Below are positions 29,669 to 39,303 of a stretch of DNA of 59,835 nt, one piece after another. A program made the position numbers and the translations under genes. The notes under the pieces were generated by a model, which was not told the DNA's origin, did not search any database, and was given only the letters and a program-made list of their open reading frames with translations. This DNA comes from Pseudomonadota bacterium (GTDB lineage: Bacteria > Pseudomonadota > Alphaproteobacteria > Rhodobacterales > Rhodobacteraceae): assembly GCA_038530495.1 (NCBI GenBank), contig JBCBCR010000001.1, forward strand, positions 1 to 59,835. Direction: 5' to 3'. Numbering within the stretch: the first letter of the stretch is position 1; every line of letters starts with the position of its first letter.

Positions 29669-30657
29669 GCGGGACGCCGTCCACCGCACAAGCCCTGGTC
29701 GGATCGCTGGATTGGACCGGGCGGTCGGGCCGGGCGGCGCTGCTGTTGAGCAGTGTGGCGCTGTATGGCGCGGTGCTTTCGGCGGCGCGTTTGCCTGCTG
29801 AAGTCGTCTTTCCGTTGGTGGGCGCGCTGTTGCTGATCAATCTTGGGCAATTGCGGCGGCGGGTACGGGATGTGGGCTGGCGTGGCGGCTGGGTCTGGGC
29901 CACGCAGGTGCCGCTGTTGGGGATCCTTGTGCAGATCGTGTTGCTGTTGCGCGCCGGTGCCGCGCAGGTGCGCACCGCTGAACCGCCGCTGTTGCGGCGG
30001 CTGGGTTTTGCGCTGGCAGTGGGCCTTGCGCTGCTGTTTGTGGCGCGGGGGTTCCTGTTTGCGCCGTTCTGGATACCGGCTGGCAGCATGAAACCGGCGC
30101 TGATGCCGGGGGACGTTGTGTTTACCGGACCGCGCCATATCACACCGACGCGTGGCGATGTCGTGGTGTTCCGCCACCCGGTGAACGGCACGGATTTCAT
30201 CAAGCGGGTGATCGCGCTTGAGGGTGACACGGTCGACATCCGGGACGGTTCAGTCATCCTGAACGGCGACGCACTGACGCAAGAAGCGGCACCGGATTTT
30301 GTTGAACCGAACCTGCGGTCCTGGCCCAGCGTCGGCTATCCGCGGTGCGCCAATGCGCCCGTGCCGCCAGGGGCGGCGTGCGTCAAGCCTGCGGTGATCG
30401 AAACACTGCCAAACGGGCGCAGCTACCCGGTCCTTGATCTTGGCGAGATGCCCGCGGACAATTCTGGCCCGTTTACCGTGCCGGAGGGGCACATGTTCGT
30501 TTTGGGCGACAATCGTGACAACTCTCTCGACAGCCGTATGGCACAGACCGTGGGTGGGATCGGCTTTGTGCCGCTGGACAATCTGCATGGCCGCGTGACG
30601 TGGGTTGCGTTCTCGCTTACCGGGGACATGTCGCGGCTGATGAAGGCGGTCCCATGA
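29665..30657 (+). CDS. Second signal peptidase I with an N-terminal DUF805-like membrane domain
   Basis: WTGRSGR and [13 protein letters not shown] (DUF805-like), then IPAGSM, FIKRV and [11 protein letters not shown]. Confidence 0.88.
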   Translation: MSGTPSTAQALVGSLDWTGRSGRAALLLSSVALYGAVLSAARLPAEVVFPLVGALLLINLGQLRRRVRDVGWRGGWVWATQVPLLGILVQIVLLLRAGAAQVRTAEPPLLRRLGFALAVGLALLFVARGFLFAPFWIPAGSMKPALMPGDVVFTGPRHITPTRGDVVVFRHPVNGTDFIKRVIALEGDTVDIRDGSVILNGDALTQEAAPDFVEPNLRSWPSVGYPRCANAPVPPGAACVKPAVIETLPNGRSYPVLDLGEMPADNSGPFTVPEGHMFVLGDNRDNSLDSRMAQTVGGIGFVPLDNLHGRVTWVAFSLTGDMSRLMKAVP

Positions 30658-31340
30658 AGCTGAGCGCAGATTTGCAGGCCTTCCAGAAACGGATCGGACA
30701 CCAGTTTGCCCGCCCCGACCTGCTGGTGCAGGCGGTCACGCACGCGTCGATGTCGACGCCGACGCGGGGCGACAACCAGCGGCTGGAATTTCTGGGCGAC
30801 CGCGTGCTGGGCCTTGTGATGGCCGAAGCGTTGCTGGGTGCCGATACGCGCGCCGCCGAAGGCGTGCTGGCGCCGCGGTTCAACGCATTGGTGCGCAAGG
30901 AAGTCTGTGCCGATGTCGCCCGCGATATCGGGTTGGGCGACGTGCTGCGCCTTGGCCGGTCCGAGATGGTGTCGGGCGGGCGGCGCAAACAGGCACTGCT
31001 GGGGGATGCCACAGAGGCGGTGATCGCCGCGGTGTACCTGGATGCCGGTTTTGACGCGGCGCGCGATTTGATCCTGCGGCTGTGGGGGGCGCGCATCGAC
31101 ACGGTCGAAGGCGACGCGCGCGATGCCAAGACGGCGCTGCAAGAATGGGCACAGGCGCGCGGGATGCGCCCGCCGCGTTACACCGAACTGGACCGGTCCG
31201 GCCCGGACCATGCGCCGGTCTTCAGCATCCGCGCCAGCCTTGAAAACGGGGCCGACGCCGATGCCAGCGCCGGGTCCAAGCGCGAAGCACAGCAGGCGGC
31301 GGCCAAGGCGCTGCTGGCCGCCGTGGAGGATCAGGAATGA
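30654..31340 (+). CDS. rnc: Ribonuclease III
   Basis: [12 protein letters not shown], ds[17 protein letters not shown]. Confidence 0.97.
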   Translation: MKLSADLQAFQKRIGHQFARPDLLVQAVTHASMSTPTRGDNQRLEFLGDRVLGLVMAEALLGADTRAAEGVLAPRFNALVRKEVCADVARDIGLGDVLRLGRSEMVSGGRRKQALLGDATEAVIAAVYLDAGFDAARDLILRLWGARIDTVEGDARDAKTALQEWAQARGMRPPRYTELDRSGPDHAPVFSIRASLENGADADASAGSKREAQQAAAKALLAAVEDQE

Positions 31341-32257
31341 GCGAAACTGCAACCACCCGCGCCGGATTTGTCGCGCTGATTGGCGAGCCGAACGCGGGCA
31401 AGTCCACGCTGCTCAACCGGATGGTTGGCGCCAAGGTCAGCATTGTCACACACAAGGTTCAGACCACCCGCGCGCGCATTCGGGGCGTGGCGATGGAGGG
31501 CGACAGCCAGATCGTGTTTGTCGACACGCCGGGCCTGTTTCAACCGCGCCGGCGTCTGGATCGGGCGATGGTCGCGGCGGCTTGGGGCGGGGCCGCGGAT
31601 GCCGATGTGGTGGTGCTGATGATCGAGGCGCATCGCGGCGTGACAGACGGCGTGTCCCGCATTCTAGACGGGTTGCAGGAGATGGGGCAGGGCCGCACGG
31701 TGGCCCTGGCCATCAACAAGATCGACCGGGTCGAGGCGCCCGTTCTTCTGGGGCTGACCAAGGACCTGAATGAACGGTTCGAATTTGCCGAAACCTTCAT
31801 GATCTCCGCCGAGAAAGGCCACGGGGTCGACGATCTGCGCGCGTGGCTGGCCGGACAGGTACCGGAAGGCCCGTGGCTTTACCCGGAGGATCAGATCGCC
31901 GACCTGCCGCTGCGCATGATCGCCGCCGAAATGACCCGCGAGAAGCTGACCCTGCGGCTGCATCAGGAACTGCCCTACCAGTTGACGGTCGAAACCGAGG
32001 CGTGGGAGGAGCGCAAGGACGGCTCGGCGCGGATCGAACAGATCGTCTATGTCAGCCGTGACGGGCACAAGGGTATCGTGCTGGGCCACAAGGGCGAGAC
32101 GATCAAGGCCGTGAGCAAGGCGTCGCGCGAGGAGCTGGCGGAGTTTCTGGGGCGCAAGGTGCACCTGTTCCTGCAGGTGAAGGTGCGCGAGAAATGGCTG
32201 GAAGAAGCGGAACGCTATGACCAGATGGGTCTGGATTTCAAAGATGGCAACGCCTGA
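31337..32257 (+). CDS. era: GTPase Era
   Basis: [18 protein letters not shown] domain. Confidence 0.97.
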   Translation: MSETATTRAGFVALIGEPNAGKSTLLNRMVGAKVSIVTHKVQTTRARIRGVAMEGDSQIVFVDTPGLFQPRRRLDRAMVAAAWGGAADADVVVLMIEAHRGVTDGVSRILDGLQEMGQGRTVALAINKIDRVEAPVLLGLTKDLNERFEFAETFMISAEKGHGVDDLRAWLAGQVPEGPWLYPEDQIADLPLRMIAAEMTREKLTLRLHQELPYQLTVETEAWEERKDGSARIEQIVYVSRDGHKGIVLGHKGETIKAVSKASREELAEFLGRKVHLFLQVKVREKWLEEAERYDQMGLDFKDGNA

Positions 32258-32270
32258 GACATCGGCTTTC

Positions 32271-32308
32271 CGACCCTCCGGGGGGGATTTTTTTGAAACA
32301 GAGAAGGG
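32271..32308 (+). repeat. Intergenic repeat family A
   Basis: CGACCCTCCGGGGGGGATTTTTTTGAAACAGAGAAGGG. Confidence 0.82.
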
Positions 32309-32314
32309 ACCGGC

Positions 32315-32647
32315 GTGGCGCCTCGGCTGACAGCGCGGTTCTGGGTGGATGCCTATCTGGCGCGGCTGCGGTTCGCGGATATCCCGGCCTTTGTGGTCGC
32401 GCATGGCGATGACACCGGTGGCGCGGTTTTGGTAAAGCTGAACACGCTGGATGGGGCGGCGGTGCTGTATCAGCGAAGTTTCGATCTGATGTCGGATACG
32501 CGTGTTTGGGCAGAGCTGAGCGCAGGTGCCGAGGCGGATGTGGATGCCGCCGTGGCGCGACAGCGCGGGTTTGATCCGGATCTGTGGGTGATCGAGGTCG
32601 AGGACCGCGCGGGACGGCATCTGTTGGATCAAGAAGGGCTGGACTGA
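32315..32647 (+). CDS. DUF1491-family protein
   Basis: [31 protein letters not shown]; usual position between era and recO. Confidence 0.9.
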   Translation: MAPRLTARFWVDAYLARLRFADIPAFVVAHGDDTGGAVLVKLNTLDGAAVLYQRSFDLMSDTRVWAELSAGAEADVDAAVARQRGFDPDLWVIEVEDRAGRHLLDQEGLD

Positions 32648-32648
32648 G

Positions 32649-33374
32649 GTGGAGTGGCGCAGCACCGGCATCCTGCTGCGCACGCGGCGCCATGGTGAGA
32701 CCAGCGTGATCATCGACGCCTTCACACCCGAGCGGGGGCGCTGCGCCGGGGTGGTGCGCGGCGGCACCAGCCGCAAGTTGGCGCCTATTCTGCAGCCCGG
32801 GGCACAACTGGACCTGCGCTGGCGCGCGCGGCTCGAAGAGCATATCGGCAGCTTTACCGTCGAGCCCGAGCGCAGTCGCGCGGCGCTGGTCATGGGGTCG
32901 CGGCTGGCGCTGGCGGGGCTGAACGCGGTGCTGGGGCTTTTGGTGTTTTGTCTGCCCGAGCGGGCGGGCTATCCCGCGCTTTATGCGCGCAGCGAGCAGT
33001 TGCTGGACCTTTTGGGGCAGGATGAGCTGTGGCCTTTGGCCTATCTGCGTTGGGAAATGGCGCTGCTGGAAGAGATGGGGTTTGGGCTGGATCTGAGCGC
33101 TTGCGCGGTCACCGGAGCGCTCGACGGTTTGGTGTATGTGTCGCCCAAGACGGGACGTGCTGTTAGTGCGGCGGGGGCTGGGGCATGGGCCAATCGGCTT
33201 CTGGATTTGCCGCCCGTGATGCTGGGGCAGGGCGATGCCGCGGATTCAGAGATTGCGCAGGCGTTGGGCGTGACCGGGTATTTTCTGGAACAGCACCTTG
33301 CGCCGCAGATGGGAAACGCGCCGCTCCCTGATGCGCGCGCGCGGTTGGTCGGTCTGGTCAGTCGGCGCGCGTGA
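32649..33374 (+). CDS. recO: DNA repair protein RecO
   Basis: [43 protein letters not shown]. Confidence 0.95.
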   Translation: MEWRSTGILLRTRRHGETSVIIDAFTPERGRCAGVVRGGTSRKLAPILQPGAQLDLRWRARLEEHIGSFTVEPERSRAALVMGSRLALAGLNAVLGLLVFCLPERAGYPALYARSEQLLDLLGQDELWPLAYLRWEMALLEEMGFGLDLSACAVTGALDGLVYVSPKTGRAVSAAGAGAWANRLLDLPPVMLGQGDAADSEIAQALGVTGYFLEQHLAPQMGNAPLPDARARLVGLVSRRA

Positions 33375-33729
33375 AGGTCAGAATCGGGCCGGAATTGCCA
33401 GACAGCGTCAGGATATCGCCGCTGCGGCTGGCCCGTGTGACAGCGGCCAGTTTGGCAAAGTAGCGCTGTTCGGCATCAAGTGAGGGGCAAGCGCGTTTGC
33501 TGGCGCCGATCGGGCCGGGGCGGAAATCGGGGGCTTTCCCCATGACCATGGCGAAATAGCGGTTGCACGGGGCCAGGCCGCTGAGGCCCTCCAGATCCTC
33601 CTTGATTTCAAGCGTGATCGTTTCGCCGGAGGCTTCGGTCAGGGACCAGTTACCAGCGATGTCGGTTGGGTCGGCCGAGGAAGTCGCCGCGCATGCGGTG
33701 AGCAGCAGGGCGATGCTGAGCGGTTTCAT
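33358..33729 (-). CDS. META-domain (HslJ-like) exported protein
   Basis: Signal peptide, [19 protein letters not shown]. Confidence 0.85.
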   Translation of the reverse strand: MKPLSIALLLTACAATSSADPTDIAGNWSLTEASGETITLEIKEDLEGLSGLAPCNRYFAMVMGKAPDFRPGPIGASKRACPSLDAEQRYFAKLAAVTRASRSGDILTLSGNSGPILTFTRAD

Positions 33730-34250
33730 GTGCTGGCCAGCACCACGTCGATCAACGCGCCGTAGGCCACCAGCGCATCGCCATTATCGACATGGGTCTG
33801 TTGCAGGCCGATCAGCGTGCCAAAGGCGGCTTTTGCGAAATCCTCATTGCGCAGGCCAATGGCGCGCAGCAGGTCCGTTAGGCGGTCGATGCGGGCCTTG
33901 TCGACTTTGGCCAACGCCTTGGCCACGGCTGCATCAGTTTGCGCCCACGCGCGCAAGGCAGGGCCTGTGGCGTCGGACTGTACCGTCTGGGCAAAACGGA
34001 TCAACTGGTCGGTGGACGAGCCTTCGGTGTCGGCATCGGCGGCCAGCGCGTCCATTGCGGCGCTTTGCCAACGGTCAAGAACGGCCATCTGGAATGCCGG
34101 CACATCCTTGAAATGCCAGTAAAACGAGCCCTTGGAGGTCTTGAGGTGGCGGGACAAAGGTTCTGCGCGCAGGGCAACGGGCCCCTCGGCGGCGAGCCTT
34201 TCGAGGCCTGCATCGATCCAGGCTGCGGGGGAGAGTTGAGCACGTGCCAT
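33726..34250 (-). CDS. TetR/AcrR family transcriptional regulator
   Basis: WIDAGL...LKTSKGSFYWHF HTH. Confidence 0.9.
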   Translation of the reverse strand: MARAQLSPAAWIDAGLERLAAEGPVALRAEPLSRHLKTSKGSFYWHFKDVPAFQMAVLDRWQSAAMDALAADADTEGSSTDQLIRFAQTVQSDATGPALRAWAQTDAAVAKALAKVDKARIDRLTDLLRAIGLRNEDFAKAAFGTLIGLQQTHVDNGDALVAYGALIDVVLAST

Positions 34251-34411
34251 ACCTTGCCGGATACGACCACGTATCTCTTGATTCAAGGAGAACCGCGCTG
34301 GCAGGGCAAAATGCGCGTATTCCCGCACATTCAAACGCTGCAATTTTTGGCAAGCGCGCTGATGTGGGAATGTTGGCAGCGCCCCTGGACGCTGCCGTGA
34401 GGGATCGCAGC

Positions 34412-36100
34412 CTAGCCCAACAGGCGGCGCGCGATGACCTGTGCCTGAATTTCTGCCGCACCTTCAAAGATGTTGAGGATACGTGCGTCGCAGAGAACGC
34501 GCGAAATCTTGTATTCCAGCGCAAAGCCATTGCCGCCGTGGATTTGCAGGCCATTGTCCGCAGCAGCCCAGGCCACGCGGGCCCCGAGCAGCTTGGCCAT
34601 GCCAGCTTCGACATCGCAACGGCGGCCTTCGTCCTTTTCGAAAGCCGAGAAGTAGGTGAGCTGACGCGCCACCATGATTTCCACCGCCATCATTGCAAGC
34701 TTGGAGGCGACCCGGGGGAACGCGATGAGCGATTTTCCGAACTGCTTGCGGTCTTGGGCGTATTGCATCGAAATATCGAGCGCCGATTGCGCCACGCCGA
34801 CCGCGCGGGCCGCGGTTTGGATGCGAGCGCTCTCGAACGTCTCCATCAGCTGTTTGAAACCTTTGCCTTCTTCGCCGCCCAGCAGGTTCTCGCCCTTGAC
34901 GTGGAAGTTGTCGAAGCCGAGCTCGTATTCCTTCATGCCGCGGTAGCCCAGCACCTCGATCTCGCCACCGGTTATGCCGTCTGTCGGGAAGGGATTGTCG
35001 TCGGTGCCCGGCGTCTTTTCCGCGAGGAACATCGACAGACCCTTGTAATCACTGGTGTTCGGATCGGTGCGCGCCAGCAGCGTCATGACTTGGGTACGCG
35101 TTGCGTGGGTGATCCAGGTCTTGTTGCCCGTGATTTTGTAATCGCCGTTCTCGTCCTTGACCGCGCGGGTCCGCAGCGAGCCGAGGTCGGAGCCGGTGTT
35201 CGGTTCGGTGAATACTGCCGTGGGCAGGGTTTCGGCGCTTGCCAGTTGCGGCAGCCACTTTTGCTTTTGCTCCTCGGTGCCGCCCGCGATGATCAGTTCG
35301 GCCGCAATCTCGGACCGGGTGCCAAGGGAGCCGACGCCGATGTAACCGCGGCTCAGTTCTTCGGAGACCACGCACATGGACGCCTTGGACAGGCCGAACC
35401 CGCCGTATTCCTCGGGAATGGTCAGGCCGAAGACACCCATTTCAGCCAGTTCTTCGATCACCTCCATCGGGATGAGTTCGTCCTTGAGGTGCCAATCATG
35501 GGCGTAAGGTTCGACCTTTTCGATGGCATAGCGGCGGAATTGTTCGCGGATCATCTCGAGCTCATCATCAAGGCCGGATGCCCCAACGGTGATCTCGGCG
35601 CTGCGTTCCTGCATCAGGGCGACAAGCCGCATGCGTGCGCTCTGGGTGTTGCCCGCCTGTGTCAGCGTCATCACCGCCGGGTCCATCAGCACGCGCATGT
35701 CGTCCTGATCGAGACCCATGTCTTGCAGGCGCAGCATCTCGCCCTGGTTCATTTGCAGGCCGCCGTAAATCTGCCAAAGGTATTCCCCAAAGGCGATCTG
35801 GTGGATCAACGCTTCGACTTCGCCAAACTTGGATTGGGCATCCAGCGCTTCGGCCCATTTTTGCATCTGACGCAGCGACTCGACATATGTGGCGAGCCAC
35901 GCCAGCCCGTGGGCGGCGGTCTGGTGCTGTTCAATAAGAGCCGAGGAGACACGCCCGTCAGCGGTCACGAGGTCCTTCACGCGGGTGCGCGCGATATCGA
36001 GTATGGCCTCGGACGGCGCGATAGCGGCCTTGGTCAGGTCCAAAAGGTCGTCGAGCAAAACGGGGGACATGCCGCCCAGATCCTGTCCATCATGTGCCAT
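34412..36100 (-). CDS. mcd: Acyl-CoA dehydrogenase, probably (2S)-methylsuccinyl-CoA dehydrogenase (ethylmalonyl-CoA pathway)
   Basis: ACAD motifs (FTEPNTGSD, RKQFG, IHGGNG, IFEGAAEIQ) plus a long N-terminal extension (HGLAWLATYVESLRQM) characteristic of Mcd. Confidence 0.82.
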   Translation of the reverse strand: MAHDGQDLGGMSPVLLDDLLDLTKAAIAPSEAILDIARTRVKDLVTADGRVSSALIEQHQTAAHGLAWLATYVESLRQMQKWAEALDAQSKFGEVEALIHQIAFGEYLWQIYGGLQMNQGEMLRLQDMGLDQDDMRVLMDPAVMTLTQAGNTQSARMRLVALMQERSAEITVGASGLDDELEMIREQFRRYAIEKVEPYAHDWHLKDELIPMEVIEELAEMGVFGLTIPEEYGGFGLSKASMCVVSEELSRGYIGVGSLGTRSEIAAELIIAGGTEEQKQKWLPQLASAETLPTAVFTEPNTGSDLGSLRTRAVKDENGDYKITGNKTWITHATRTQVMTLLARTDPNTSDYKGLSMFLAEKTPGTDDNPFPTDGITGGEIEVLGYRGMKEYELGFDNFHVKGENLLGGEEGKGFKQLMETFESARIQTAARAVGVAQSALDISMQYAQDRKQFGKSLIAFPRVASKLAMMAVEIMVARQLTYFSAFEKDEGRRCDVEAGMAKLLGARVAWAAADNGLQIHGGNGFALEYKISRVLCDARILNIFEGAAEIQAQVIARRLLG

Positions 36101-36151
36101 TGGTCTTCCTCTTATATCAGCGCGCAGAATAGCATTGGTCTCGTCTAACTA

Positions 36152-36234
36152 TGTTGCAGGTGCAGCGCAACAATTATTCGTTTCGATGCGGCGTTTTGAT
36201 CGTTTATTGCGCATTGAATTTTTGCAGTGCGGCG
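36152..36234. promoter_or_regulatory. Putative PhaR-type TGC-N3/4-GCA boxes upstream of mcd
   Basis: TGCAGGTGCAGCGCAACA and TGCAGTGCGGC in the AT-richer divergent intergenic region. Confidence 0.4.
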
Positions 36235-36245
36235 CTAGCCGATGT

Positions 36246-37025
36246 ATGAGCCGCGACGTGGATACGATCTTTCCCCTTTTTCCCGGTTTTATATGGGCGA
36301 TTTGCGCCGCGATTGCCATGCTGGCGGGGCTGGTCAAGGGAATCGTCGGTTTTGCGATGCCGATGGTGATGATCTCGCTTTTGTCGAGTGTGACGACGCC
36401 AGAGCTGGCACTGGCAGGTCTGATTCTGCCCACGCTGATCACGAATGGTGCACAGGCGACGCGGCAGGGCGCGCGCGCGGCGCTCGCGTCAATGCGGCGG
36501 TTTCGGATCTACCTTATTGTCGGCGGACTGGTGTTGCTGTTCAGCGCACAGTTGGTGCGTGTTCTGCCCATTCAGGTGTTGCTGGGCATGATTGGCGTGC
36601 CGGTGGTCGGCTTTGCCATTTTACAGCTGATCGGGCTGCGGTTTCATCTGTCGCGGCAGCGGGCTGGCGTCGAGGCGGGCGTGGGCGCTTTTGCCGGTTT
36701 TCTGGGGGGAATGTCCGGCATCTGGGGGCCACCCACGGTGATGTATCTGACCGCGCTTGGCACCGACAAGGCCGAGCAAATGCGCGTGCAGGGCGTCATC
36801 TACGGATTGGGCGCCACGGCGATGGTGGGCGCGCATATCTCATCGGGGGTTTTGCGTGCAGAAACCGCGCTTTTCAGCGCGGTCTTAATCCTGCCCGCTT
36901 TGATCGGCCAATGGCTTGGGGGGCAGGTTTTGGATCGGATCGACCAGGCCGCGTTCCGCCGTGCAACACTGATTGTACTGCTGGTAGCCGGCCTGAACCT
37001 GATCCGGCGGGCCGTGTTCGTTTAG
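36246..37025 (+). CDS. TauE/SafE (TSUP) family membrane protein
   Basis: GLVKGIVGFAMP, GGMSGIWGPP; multiple TM helices. Confidence 0.88.
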   Translation: MSRDVDTIFPLFPGFIWAICAAIAMLAGLVKGIVGFAMPMVMISLLSSVTTPELALAGLILPTLITNGAQATRQGARAALASMRRFRIYLIVGGLVLLFSAQLVRVLPIQVLLGMIGVPVVGFAILQLIGLRFHLSRQRAGVEAGVGAFAGFLGGMSGIWGPPTVMYLTALGTDKAEQMRVQGVIYGLGATAMVGAHISSGVLRAETALFSAVLILPALIGQWLGGQVLDRIDQAAFRRATLIVLLVAGLNLIRRAVFV

Positions 37026-37381
37026 GACGCGCGCCGCTGAACAGTCAGACCCGATACATCTTCGATAAATGTCACGATGCGGGATTTGATCCGCTCGTCT
37101 TCGATTGCGGCCAACGCGTTGACGATGTCGAGGCCATTGTCGCGGTTGCCCATGGCGTCGGTTTCGCTCAGGCCTTCGAAGAAATAGGACGTCGGCACGT
37201 CAAGAATGCGCGACAGTTCGAACAGCCGGCTGGCGGCAATCCGGTTTGAGCCAATTTCGTACTTCTGGATCTGCTGAAACGACAGACTTAGGCGTTTGGC
37301 AACGTCTGTCTGCGACATACGCCGCAGTGTCCGAATTTGTTTGAGCCGTTTGCCCACGTGGATGTCGACGGGATGAGACAT
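37022..37381 (-). CDS. XRE/Cro-C1 HTH transcriptional regulator
   Basis: HPVDIHVGKRL...MSQ...LSFQQIQKYEIGSNRI; AGAGGTG RBS. Confidence 0.93.
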   Translation of the reverse strand: MSHPVDIHVGKRLKQIRTLRRMSQTDVAKRLSLSFQQIQKYEIGSNRIAASRLFELSRILDVPTSYFFEGLSETDAMGNRDNGLDIVNALAAIEDERIKSRIVTFIEDVSGLTVQRRAS

Positions 37382-37511
37382 CGTTTCGCACCTCTTTTTG
37401 TTGTCTTGTAAAAAGGTGTCGCGGATCGGAGTACACGTTTCAATTGAATAAACCTGTTACGTTAATGCACGTAAATGTTGCATTGATGTATGATATTTTT
37501 AACTTTAATGT

Positions 37512-38474
37512 GTGATCTATAATACGTTGGAGTACAGAGTGAACGCCCCGGTCAAAAACTTGCCTGATAACAATCAGCCGCTTCTTTTCGAGATGATCCG
37601 CTCATTTGTGACCTTGGCGCGGACGTTGAATTTGTCCCATGCGGTGGACGAACTTCAGAGCACGCGGCAGACGGTCCGACGCCATATCGCGCAGCTGGAA
37701 GAACGGCGTGGGGCGCGACTTTTTGAAGTCAGGGACCGACGTTACGAGCTGACTGAAGAAGGGCAGGCGGCGCTTCCGGAGGCGCTGGACCTGATGGCCC
37801 GGGCCCGCGTGTGGTCCCGCGGGCAAACCGGATCGTTCGGCGCGTTGCAATATCTCAAGGCGCATGAGGACGAGTGGCAGTTCTACCAGCAGCAACAACC
37901 GCTGGGGCGAATCTGGTCCAATGATTCGGTCCTTCTGCGAGAGACTTTCCGGGCCTGGACCATGGCAGGATCCGAGATCGAGAGCCCGCACCTAGCCCAT
38001 GTACGCCCGCATTTGATGGTCTACCGGCAAAGTGAAACAGGTTGGATCTGTGTCGAGTTCGGCGCCAAATCCGCCTACGTCCAGTGGTTTGGTATCGACT
38101 ATGCGCGGTCGAATATCGGGCGTCCCATTGCGCAGATGCCCGCGGGCGAAGAGTTCGGCCGATTGCTTTATCAGAGCTTTCAGGACATCGAGACAACCCA
38201 GGCCGCCCGGTTGGACCATGTGTTCACCCGCATGCCCAAACGTGAGGGTGTGGCCCAAGTTACCATGGTATATCAACGACTTATGATGGCGGGCCTGTTC
38301 CCTGACGGATCGCCAGCCGTACTGACACTGGTGGTGCCAACCGCCAATGTAAACATTCGAGACCTACCCGAGGAGAAACGCACCGCACTGACCCAGATAC
38401 ACTCCCCCGACTTTGACGCAGCGAAAGCCACGTTCGAAAAAATCGCAGCGACCCCCGAGCAGAGCGACGACTGA
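37512..38474 (+). CDS. LysR-type winged-HTH protein with a non-LysR, PAS-like C-terminal domain
   Basis: N-terminal FVTLARTLNLSHAVDELQSTRQTVRRHIAQLEE..GARLF...LTEEG; C-terminus ends YQRLMM..FPDG like PAS_5/DUF1457; exact start uncertain. Confidence 0.75.
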   Translation: MIYNTLEYRVNAPVKNLPDNNQPLLFEMIRSFVTLARTLNLSHAVDELQSTRQTVRRHIAQLEERRGARLFEVRDRRYELTEEGQAALPEALDLMARARVWSRGQTGSFGALQYLKAHEDEWQFYQQQQPLGRIWSNDSVLLRETFRAWTMAGSEIESPHLAHVRPHLMVYRQSETGWICVEFGAKSAYVQWFGIDYARSNIGRPIAQMPAGEEFGRLLYQSFQDIETTQAARLDHVFTRMPKREGVAQVTMVYQRLMMAGLFPDGSPAVLTLVVPTANVNIRDLPEEKRTALTQIHSPDFDAAKATFEKIAATPEQSDD

Positions 38475-38568
38475 GTCGCGCTAAATCTACTCGCCCGCGT
38501 ATGGTTCCACTGCAGCGCGAGTAATTTTCGGGTGTTTCGCAAGAGAATCCATTAACCTTCCCGTAGAA

Positions 38569-39303
38569 GTGGCGAAGGAGTGGATAATGACGGTTCAATT
38601 CCCCGCAGATGCGGCACCGTTTATTGCAACAAGTCAGGATATCCTGCTGGACGAGGGCATTGTCATGTCCACCGGTAGCGATTTTGCTGAATATCGCGAA
38701 ATCGTGGAAACCGAGAGGAGCATCCAAAAGCTTGGTCGTCCCTTTGATCCGGACGTGAATGACCTGAACGAACGCACGGCGTTTTGGATGATTGCGCGCA
38801 ACGCCGAAGGTGACCTGATCCACACGCAGGCGGCTCGGTACATCAACTTGGGGCAGCGCTCGCTTGCGGGGTTTCTGATGCGTGGATTTCGCGCTTTTCC
38901 GCCGCCCCTGCCCGGGGTGAACGAGTCTCTGTCACGGTTTCGTGCGACGCCTGGCTCGCACCGTATTCAGGGCTGCGCGGGCTATCACGGCGAATTCTGG
39001 ATCGCGCCGGATCGCGGGTCTTACCGCGGGGCGGGGCTGGCGCCGGTATTTGGCCGCACTTGCATGCTCGAGATGATCCGCCGTTGGGACCCCGACTGGG
39101 TTTTCGGGTTTATCCTCAATCGCGTAGCGTTCAAGGGATTTGGCGCACGCATAGGCTACTTGCACCTTGAGCCCAGCGTGCTGAAATGGGTGGTCGAAGG
39201 GCGCGATGCCCCCATCGACACGTTCCTCGCCTACAACAGCCGTGAAGACCTGGAATACCTGCTCGATATTCCACTCGACGATGTGATGGCGATGGCGGCC
39301 TAG
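38569..39303 (+). CDS. Hypothetical protein, probable GNAT/acyltransferase fold
   Basis: [20 protein letters not shown] resembles the GNAT motif A CoA-binding loop; alternative ATG at 38587 with an AAGGAG RBS. Confidence 0.7.
   Translation: MAKEWIMTVQFPADAAPFIATSQDILLDEGIVMSTGSDFAEYREIVETERSIQKLGRPFDPDVNDLNERTAFWMIARNAEGDLIHTQAARYINLGQRSLAGFLMRGFRAFPPPLPGVNESLSRFRATPGSHRIQGCAGYHGEFWIAPDRGSYRGAGLAPVFGRTCMLEMIRRWDPDWVFGFILNRVAFKGFGARIGYLHLEPSVLKWVVEGRDAPIDTFLAYNSREDLEYLLDIPLDDVMAMAA

Noticed and set aside
6027-32308. Repeat family A as a CRISPR array
   Set aside because: The copies are kilobases apart, have no regular spacers, and no cas genes are present.
34244-36148. 634-aa plus-strand ORF
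   Set aside because: Antisense shadow of mcd; a typical high-GC artefact with no recognisable motifs.
37441-37510. Possible CtrA boxes in the AT-rich XRE/LysR promoter
   Set aside because: TTAA half-sites are present, but none has the N7 spacing to a second half-site.
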